DNA of 32,000 bases from the NCBI GenBank assembly GCA_041677685.1, contig JBAYPN010000001.1, positions 19,673 to 51,672 of the forward strand, read 5' to 3'. The position numbers were made by a program, and so were the translations under genes. Below the pieces are notes generated by a model, which ran no database searches, was not told the DNA's origin, and saw only the letters and a program-made list of their open reading frames with translations. Of this stretch, positions 25,547-32,000 are shown piece after piece. How positions within the stretch are numbered: position 1 is the first letter of the stretch; each line of letters opens with the position of its first letter. This DNA is from an archaeon (GTDB lineage: Archaea > Iainarchaeota > Iainarchaeia > Iainarchaeales > CSSED10-239).

Positions 25547-25784
25547 GATAATTTACAAAGAATTCATAAAGATCTTGTTTTTCTATGTTTTTTCTTAATT
25601 TATCTATAGGTTTCATATTTTCTTCTTTATTTTAAAGTATTAGATTTATTTCTATTTTTACTTAGAATTTACTTTTTATAATTATATTAATTTACTTTCT
25701 ATTTTTATTACTTTCTGATTTAATTATATTATATTTGTTTAGATATATTTATATTTAGGATAAAAATAAAAAAATTATGACACT

Positions 25785-27248
25785 ATGGAAAACACAGAAA
25801 AAAAAACAATTGTAAGAAATATTGGTTGGTTGACAATCTCTAAGGTATTTGTTTATCTTCTTTCAATTGTAACTATAACACTTATTCCTAGATATTTAGG
25901 TGTTGAGGGTTATGGTCAACTTAACTTTGCTTTATCTTTTGTTTCTTTGTTTGCTGTTTTTTTTGATGTTGGGACTGGTATTTTAATTTTTAGAGATGTT
26001 AGTAGGAAAAAAGCTTTATTAAGTAAATATTTTAATAATTTTTTCTATTTTAAGATCTATTTGTATATTTTGTTTTTTGTGGTAATAGTTTTAATTACTT
26101 TACTTTTGCCTAAACTATTAATTGTTAAAGTTTTAATAGTATTACTTGCAATTAACTTGATTGCACAATCAATAGCTGGATATTTGGTAGTTTATTTAAA
26201 TTCTTTTGAGTTAATGAAATTTTCATCAATAAAAGAAGTGTTACTTAAGTTATTGATTGTTATATTTATAATTTTAGTTGTTTTTTTAAACTTGAAGATA
26301 ATTGGTGTGGCTTTAGCTTATATTTTATCCTCAGTTATTGTTCTATTTTACATTATATATGTCTTTAAGAAAATGTTTAAAAGTAAGATAAAATTTAAAC
26401 CAGTTTTTAAGAAAGGCTTTTTATTAAGTAAACTAAAACTATCCTATCCTTTTGCCTTAACTACAATCTTTGGAGTTATTTATTTTAATTTTGATAAGTT
26501 TATGATATCTTTTATGTTAAATGATTATCAGGTTGGGTTATATTCTACAGGTTATACTTTTTATGGGTTTTTGATTGGAATTATTGCTTTATTTTCCACA
26601 GTATTTTTCCCAATCCTTTCTAGAAACTATAAAAGTAGTAGGTTTAAGGGAATACTTGACAAATATTCAAGAATAATAATAGTTTTAGCTTTGCCAATGG
26701 TTTTTGGGGTAATCTATTTAGCAAAAGATATTATTAGGTTAATTTTTGGAAAAGACTTTGTTATTGGATTTATTGCTTTTCAGGTAGTTATTATTTTCTT
26801 TTTAATAAATGCATTTAATCAGATCTTTAATAATATATTAACTATTCATAATTTGCAAAAATATTTATTTAAATTATTCTTAATTGCAGCAGTCGTAAAT
26901 GTTGTATTAAACTTTATTGCAATTCCTTTGTTTGGGATTGTTGGAGCAGCAGTAACAACTGTTTTGTCAGAGTTAATAATATTTGTTGGAATGTATGTAA
27001 AGGTAAGTAAGAATATAGTCAAGTTTGGTTTCTTTAGAAAGTTAGTAATTCCTTTTATCTCTTCTATTCTTATGTTGTTTGGGATTTATTTAGTAAAGGA
27101 TGTTTTAAAGGTGGTTGTAATTAATAACTCCTTAAACGTATTATTTTATTGTTTGGTTGGTGGACTGTTTTATGTGTCATTTATTTTTATGTTTAGATAT
27201 TTTAAGGTTAAAGAGATCTTTAGTTTGTTAAAAGAGGTAAGGAAGTAG
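25785..27248 (+). CDS. Polysaccharide/oligosaccharide flippase (MOP superfamily, Wzx-like)
   Basis: 487 aa with about 12-14 hydrophobic helices. The N-terminal VRNIGWLTISKVFVYLLSIVTITLIPRYLGVEGYGQLNF is typical of Polysacc_synt family proteins. A glycosyltransferase neighbourhood lies nearby. Confidence 0.8.
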   Translation: MENTEKKTIVRNIGWLTISKVFVYLLSIVTITLIPRYLGVEGYGQLNFALSFVSLFAVFFDVGTGILIFRDVSRKKALLSKYFNNFFYFKIYLYILFFVVIVLITLLLPKLLIVKVLIVLLAINLIAQSIAGYLVVYLNSFELMKFSSIKEVLLKLLIVIFIILVVFLNLKIIGVALAYILSSVIVLFYIIYVFKKMFKSKIKFKPVFKKGFLLSKLKLSYPFALTTIFGVIYFNFDKFMISFMLNDYQVGLYSTGYTFYGFLIGIIALFSTVFFPILSRNYKSSRFKGILDKYSRIIIVLALPMVFGVIYLAKDIIRLIFGKDFVIGFIAFQVVIIFFLINAFNQIFNNILTIHNLQKYLFKLFLIAAVVNVVLNFIAIPLFGIVGAAVTTVLSELIIFVGMYVKVSKNIVKFGFFRKLVIPFISSILMLFGIYLVKDVLKVVVINNSLNVLFYCLVGGLFYVSFIFMFRYFKVKEIFSLLKEVRK

Positions 27249-27345
27249 ATTTTATGAGATTGTTTAAAAAAATAAATTATTTTAAGAATTTAAATAAAAA
27301 ATATAAAAATAATTAATCAGAAAAATTACAAAATGAGTTTAGAAG

Positions 27346-27603
27346 ATGGTTGCATCCTCAAAGCATTTAACATTGAATAATCAAATTCCTGCACAAGTGC
27401 AAGAGTTTTTTAGATACTATAAAATAAATATTATCTCAAAGGATATTACAGCTTATTTATTAACCTTATGAAAATTATGTAAAAATTTTAACCGCAAATG
27501 TTCTGACTATAATGAATTAGACTGAAAATTAGATTTGCACAGTTATGAAACTATTAAATCCCATCACGAAGTGGTGTATCTTGTTTTAAAAGAACACAAT
27601 TAA
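27346..27603 (+). pseudogene. Candidate decayed or recoded ORF: 86 codons interrupted only by two TGA codons
   Basis: ATG 27346 to TAA 27601-27603, with TGA at 27469-27471 and 27523-27525, both in the context TGAAAATTA. No TAA or TAG occurs in 86 codons of very AT-rich DNA. Confidence 0.3.
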
Positions 27604-27791
27604 GCTTTTCTTACGTTAATTGCTTTTTGTCCTTTTTCATCTTCAATAACATCGAAAGAAACTGGCATAGCATCTCTAAGTTGTTCATTGTCAGCAATTC
27701 CTGAACCGTGAACAAAGTAGTCTTTACCATCTTCTCCAGTAATAAAACCGAAGTTTTTGTTAATGTTATAAAATTTTACAGTACCATTCAA
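27600..27791 (-). CDS. csp: Cold-shock domain protein (bacterial CspA family)
   Basis: MNGTVKFYNINKNFGFITGEDGKDYFVHGS carries RNP1-like (NFGFI) and RNP2-like (YFVHG) motifs. 63 aa. TTG start with AGTGA 7 nt upstream. Confidence 0.9.
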   Translation of the reverse strand: MNGTVKFYNINKNFGFITGEDGKDYFVHGSGIADNEQLRDAMPVSFDVIEDEKGQKAINVRKA

Positions 27792-28066
27792 ATTTTTTTC
27801 ACTCTTTTATATATTTTTTTTTATTATATAATAAGTAGGTATAAAGAATTTTAAAAATCATTAAATCAATTTATTAAAAATAGTTTTTATTAGAAAGGAA
27901 CAATATTAAATGCTTCTAGAATTGGAGATTTAAGGTTTTCATTTTTATTAAATATTTTTTAATTCTTTTTATTTGTTTATTTACAATCTTCTTTTTGATT
28001 ACTTATCATACTTATAATAATATTATGGTTTAGAAAAGTATATAAATAGTTTTATTTAGAAATATT

Positions 28067-29236
28067 ATGAAATACTTTAAAATAAAAAGAAATAAGGGAC
28101 TAATTATGAAAATTAATAATAAATATATATTAAAATGCATACACGAAATAATTGAAGAATATCATGAAAATGGGGCAAAATCAAATAAAAATAAAACTAA
28201 CATATATTTGACTAAAATAAGTATGATTACTCCCAAATTTTTAAAAGAAAAGATGTTAAAACCAATGTACAGATTATACCTTAAGCATAATACAAAAACA
28301 AATCCTTTAGAGTATAAATATTCTGAAATTGATCTTAAATGGAGTTTAAACTTTTTAGAATACAGTTTAACACATGAGGTTAATTTTAATTTAGATTTAT
28401 TTGAAAATGATAACGATAAAAAAGAAATAATCAAATTTATAAAAAATAAACTTTACATGGCCTTAAGAGGACAATTATTTACATATAATTTATTTACTGA
28501 GGATGATTTAACTTATTTTAAAAAATATGATGACTTCTTTAGAAAAAATATTAAATTCAAAAATGCAAATTATACTGACATTAATTACAATAACAAAAAA
28601 TACACATTAGCTTCTTCAAATGTAGGCATATCTTCATTTTATCATAACTACGGACTTGATATTATACCTAAAAAAGTAATTTCAAATATTGCTCACAAGA
28701 ACATTTTAGATTGTGGTGCTTTTGTAGGTGATTCTGCATTAATTTTCGAAAAACTAAAACCTAAAAAAATATATTCTTTTGAACCAGATACTAAAAATTA
28801 TCTCAAATTAATAGAAACCATTAAATTAAATAATCTAAATCCACTAATTACTCCTATTAAAAAAGGACTTGGAGATAAAAATAAAAATGTATATTTAGAA
28901 AACGCATTAGATAGTTCTTACATTAAAAAAAATAACTTAAAAACAAAAGATAGTGAAAAAATAGAAATAACAACAATCGATAATTTTATACAAGATAATG
29001 TTGGCTTAATAAAAATGGATATAGAGGGATATGAGTTAGAAGCTATTAAAGGAGCTGAAAAAACAATTAAAAAAAATAGACCAGTGTTATTAATATGCTT
29101 ATACCACACAGGAAAAGATTTTTTTGAAATACCAAAACTAATCAATAAATGGAATTTAAATTATACATATAGATTCTTAAATTTGTATAAAATTCATCCT
29201 ACAAATGAAAGAGTATTAATTGCATATCCCAATTAA
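28067..29236 (+). CDS. FkbM-family SAM-dependent methyltransferase with an uncharacterised N-terminal region of about 200 aa
   Basis: ILDCGAFVGDSALIFEKLKPKKIYSFEPDTKNY and LIKMDIEGYELEAIKGAEKTIKKNRPVLLICLYH match the FkbM pattern. An alternative start is ATG 28103. Confidence 0.8.
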   Translation: MKYFKIKRNKGLIMKINNKYILKCIHEIIEEYHENGAKSNKNKTNIYLTKISMITPKFLKEKMLKPMYRLYLKHNTKTNPLEYKYSEIDLKWSLNFLEYSLTHEVNFNLDLFENDNDKKEIIKFIKNKLYMALRGQLFTYNLFTEDDLTYFKKYDDFFRKNIKFKNANYTDINYNNKKYTLASSNVGISSFYHNYGLDIIPKKVISNIAHKNILDCGAFVGDSALIFEKLKPKKIYSFEPDTKNYLKLIETIKLNNLNPLITPIKKGLGDKNKNVYLENALDSSYIKKNNLKTKDSEKIEITTIDNFIQDNVGLIKMDIEGYELEAIKGAEKTIKKNRPVLLICLYHTGKDFFEIPKLINKWNLNYTYRFLNLYKIHPTNERVLIAYPN

Positions 29237-29257
29237 AGTTGATTAAGGTAAAAGAAC

Positions 29258-30061
29258 GTGAACTCAAAAAAAATATTTGTAATGGTTGCCTATCACAAAC
29301 CTCATTCCACATTAAAAACAATATCACATTTATTTAATCCAATTCATGCCGGAAAATTAAACTCTAATATTGATTTAAAAATTTTAGGAGACGACACAGG
29401 AAAAAATATTTCTCACAAAAATCCAAACTATTCAGAACTAACTGCAGTCTATTGGATGTGGAAAAACATAGATGCTGACTATTACGGTATAATGCACTAT
29501 AGAAGATATTTTATAGAACCTCAAAATAAAATAATTGAAAAATTTAAAAATGCATATTTAAATTTAAGAAGAACATTAAATTTAAACGTAAATTATAATT
29601 TTCAAATAAATAAAAAACTATCAAAAATAAATATGTTTCATAAAAAAATTGCTTTAGTAGAAGATTATGACATAATCATTCCAAAAAAATGGTATTTTGG
29701 AAAAACAGTTCGGAAACAATATGAATTTAGCCACAGAAAAGAAGATTGGAAAAAATTAACTCAAATAATGAAAAAACAACCGCTTTACTACAAATATTTT
29801 AAACAAATGGAAAATAATAATTGGATTTACCCTTATAATATGGGGATTTTCAGTAAAGAAATATTTAATACTTATATGAATTGGTTATTTAAAAATCTAA
29901 ATAAATTAGAAACAAATATAACTATATCTAAAGATCCGTATCAACAAAGAGTTTTTGCTTTTATTTCAGAAAGATTATTTACAACATACATGTTATATTT
30001 GATGTATGAAAAACCAAAAATTAAAATTAAAGAAATGCCAGTAATGTTTATTGATGAATAA
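29258..30061 (+). CDS. DUF4422-family protein (putative glycosyltransferase of exopolysaccharide/LPS-type loci)
   Basis: YSELTAVYWMWKNIDADYYGIMHYRRYF is the hallmark stretch of DUF4422. GTG start 6 nt after AAGGTAA. Confidence 0.7.
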   Translation: MNSKKIFVMVAYHKPHSTLKTISHLFNPIHAGKLNSNIDLKILGDDTGKNISHKNPNYSELTAVYWMWKNIDADYYGIMHYRRYFIEPQNKIIEKFKNAYLNLRRTLNLNVNYNFQINKKLSKINMFHKKIALVEDYDIIIPKKWYFGKTVRKQYEFSHRKEDWKKLTQIMKKQPLYYKYFKQMENNNWIYPYNMGIFSKEIFNTYMNWLFKNLNKLETNITISKDPYQQRVFAFISERLFTTYMLYLMYEKPKIKIKEMPVMFIDE

Positions 30062-30063
30062 TT

Positions 30064-30879
30064 ATGAAACCAAAAGTATCAATCTTAATTTGCACATACA
30101 ATTGTGAAAAATATATTGAAAACACATTGAAAAGTATATTTGATCAAACATACAAAAATTGGGAATTACTTATATTAGATAACAATTCACAAGATAAAAC
30201 TAAAGAAATACTAAAAAAATATACTAAAAATAAAAAAATAAAAGTTATTTTTAGCAAAAAAAACATAGGTGCATATCCTGGATTAAACTTGTTGTTAAAA
30301 AAAGCAAAAGGAAAATATATAGCGATACAAGATCATGATGATCTTTGGCACCCAGACAAACTTAGAAAACAAGTATCTTTTTTAGATGAAAATACTAAAT
30401 ATGTTGGGTGTGGATCTAGTATGATTTATTACTACGAAAAAGGAAAATATTATCATTATAATTACTCTAAGGAAATAGATTATTTTACATTTCACACAAC
30501 ATTACTTTTTAGAAATAAAAACATAAAATATAACACAAATATAACATTTGAAACAGATTTATACTTTATGAAAAAAATTTTATGTAAAGATAAAAAAAGA
30601 ATATATAACTTTAAAAATGTTTACGGATTGCATTTAATGAGAGGAGATTTAAATAATCTAGGGAATAAGTGGATTAGAGATCACTCTATCTCAGAAATTA
30701 TAAAAAACGCATTAAATTATAAAAGAATATCTCTTAGCTACATAAGTAGTATTTTTTTACAAAAAATAACCCCTAAACTTTACTTTAAACTAGCATATTT
30801 TAAAAACTATAAAAAAATTAAAAAAAAAGAAGAATTACTTAAAAATGATTTTACAAAATATTATTATAAACTTATTTAA
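30064..30879 (+). CDS. Family 2 glycosyltransferase
   Basis: VSILICTYNCEKYIENTLKSIFDQTYKNWELLILDNNSQDKT and IAIQDHDDLW (the DxD region). The start lies 2 nt after the preceding stop. Confidence 0.88.
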   Translation: MKPKVSILICTYNCEKYIENTLKSIFDQTYKNWELLILDNNSQDKTKEILKKYTKNKKIKVIFSKKNIGAYPGLNLLLKKAKGKYIAIQDHDDLWHPDKLRKQVSFLDENTKYVGCGSSMIYYYEKGKYYHYNYSKEIDYFTFHTTLLFRNKNIKYNTNITFETDLYFMKKILCKDKKRIYNFKNVYGLHLMRGDLNNLGNKWIRDHSISEIIKNALNYKRISLSYISSIFLQKITPKLYFKLAYFKNYKKIKKKEELLKNDFTKYYYKLI

Positions 30880-31999
30880 AATTTGTGTCATAATATTTAC
30901 TCCATTTATCAAATATAACTGCATACCAATAAGAAATATTATTTTCAGAAGTTATTTTATTAAATTTAGATAAAGACATGTAATCTTTAAAATTATTATA
31001 ATTAAAATCATAACCCTTAACATAATCGTTACAGTTAAAACCAAAACCCATTTTATCTCTATACAGATTATATTTAGGTACTCTGTCCTCTAAAGCTTTT
31101 TTAAAAATAAATTTAGATATGTTATTTTTTATTCTTTGCTCAGGAAGAATAGAAAATGCAAAATCTACAAGATCATTATCTAATAGAGGAGGCCTAGATT
31201 CTAAAGAAAATGCAAGAGAAGCCCTATCAACTTTTGTTAAAATATCATCAGGAAGATAATACTTGTAATCAACCTTTTGAATATAATTTAACATATTATT
31301 ATCAAATTTAAGATTATGAAACCCATAAAAATAATAAAAAGAGTTATAAAGATTATTTAACTTATTTGGAAATAAATTTTCTGCAATTTTAGAATGCCCA
31401 ATCAAACTCCATAAATATTTGGTATAGTAAATAGATTTAGATAATAATGCATATTTGTTTAAAAGTACATGACTATTATAACCTGCAAATAATTCATCAC
31501 CGCCATCTCCACTTAAAGAAACAGTAACGTATTTTTTTGCAAAATCAGACACTGCCATTGTAGGTATTTGAGAAGAATCTGCAAAAGGTTCATCATAATG
31601 AAAAGGAACTTTTTCTAAATACTTAAAAAAATCTTTTTCAGTTAAAATTTTTACATGATGATCAGTATTTACAGCATCTGCTATATTTTGTGCATATTTA
31701 GTTTCATCATATTTAGAATTTTCAAAACCTATTGAAAATGTATGTAAATCTGATTTATACTTTGCCATTGTAGCTACAACTGCACTTGAATCGGCGCCAC
31801 CAGATAAAAACGCACCTATTGGGACATCTGATACTAACCTTTTTTTAACAGATTCATCTAATAAAGCCTGTATTTTAGAAATATTTTTTTTAATAGAAAA
31901 ACCATTATTAGAAATATTTAATTTCCAATATTCTCTTTCAAAAAAATAGTTTTTAGAAATTTCAATATAGTGAGCAGGTTTTAATTTTTTAATATTAGT
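30872..31999 (-). CDS. asnB: Asparagine synthetase (glutamine-hydrolysing) family amidotransferase, 5' end beyond the window
   Basis: SLSGDGGDELFAGY. The frame continues open upstream of the listed Met through the PP-loop FLSGGADSS (about 31790-31815) to the window end. The 3' end overlaps the convergent GT2 gene by 8 nt. Confidence 0.88.
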   Translation of the reverse strand, partial: TNIKKLKPAHYIEISKNYFFEREYWKLNISNNGFSIKKNISKIQALLDESVKKRLVSDVPIGAFLSGGADSSAVVATMAKYKSDLHTFSIGFENSKYDETKYAQNIADAVNTDHHVKILTEKDFFKYLEKVPFHYDEPFADSSQIPTMAVSDFAKKYVTVSLSGDGGDELFAGYNSHVLLNKYALLSKSIYYTKYLWSLIGHSKIAENLFPNKLNNLYNSFYYFYGFHNLKFDNNMLNYIQKVDYKYYLPDDILTKVDRASLAFSLESRPPLLDNDLVDFAFSILPEQRIKNNISKFIFKKALEDRVPKYNLYRDKMGFGFNCNDYVKGYDFNYNNFKDYMSLSKFNKITSENNISYWYAVIFDKWSKYYDTNFK

Positions 32000-32000
32000 A

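Noticed and set aside
27249-27600. tRNA, C/D-box sRNA or other structured RNA in the non-repetitive gap
   Set aside because: There is no cloverleaf-compatible GC-rich arm and no T-loop GTTCGAATC-type box. The CTGA (D-box-like) words at 27503 and 27522 lack properly spaced RUGAUGA C boxes and guide-length spacing. Only short hairpins are present (for example CATCAC-GAA-GTGGTG at about 27562-27576). An unknown ncRNA cannot be excluded without covariance-model searches.
1094-29145. ORF-track entries antisense to or overlapping the strong calls: 1094-1285, 4798-4986, 6407-6673, 7928-8194, 9244-9447, 9724-10122, 10129-10545, 11452-11643, 12716-12916, 13343-13534, 14151-14453, 16671-16934, 17985-18221, 18294-18590, 18568-18813, 21994-22218, 28162-28434 and 28918-29145
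   Set aside because: Each lies wholly or almost wholly inside, or antisense to, a longer ORF with clear family motifs (pheT, eif5a, polB, e2b2, ftsZ, rpl11, map, ATPase and others). The translations are low-complexity Phe/Leu/Ser-rich mirror images, typical of shadow frames in purine-rich coding strands.

Overview
Visibly AT-rich archaeal chromosome segment, most consistent with a small-genome DPANN-type archaeon. Supporting genes are archaeal-type PheRS alpha and beta, aIF5A with the hypusine-site motif, a family B DNA polymerase, FtsZ, the SecE-Spt5-uL11 cluster, Sec61beta and a type 2 MetAP. nt 1-14,700 is a housekeeping block. nt 15,000-32,000 is a cell-surface block. It holds secreted or anchored proteins and a type IV pilus-like gene set: a GspE/FlaI-family ATPase, two prepilin-like small proteins, and a 1096-aa lectin-like surface protein with an internal ~300-aa duplication. 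It also holds a glycan-synthesis cluster: Wzx-type flippase, FkbM methyltransferase, DUF4422 and GT2 glycosyltransferases, and an AsnB-like amidotransferase. Five things are not explained by the ORF track. (i) At least seven intergenic spacers between core genes are filled with A/T-rich minisatellites (units of 16, 21, 24 and 15-38 nt); two of them duplicate the stop-codon region of the upstream gene. (ii) Two conserved small genes fall below the ORF cutoff: secE (10720-10884) and sec61beta (21087-21251). (iii) Three same-strand ORF pieces at 24721-25616 would fuse after two single-nt changes, one in a T9 tract. (iv) A 350-bp gap (27249-27603) has one frame interrupted only by two TGA codons. 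(v) Several ORF-track starts are GTG triplets that sit inside a GGTGA Shine-Dalgarno motif. I recognised no rRNA, tRNA, CRISPR array, transposase or integrase. All domain calls are by-eye motif recognition, not database searches.
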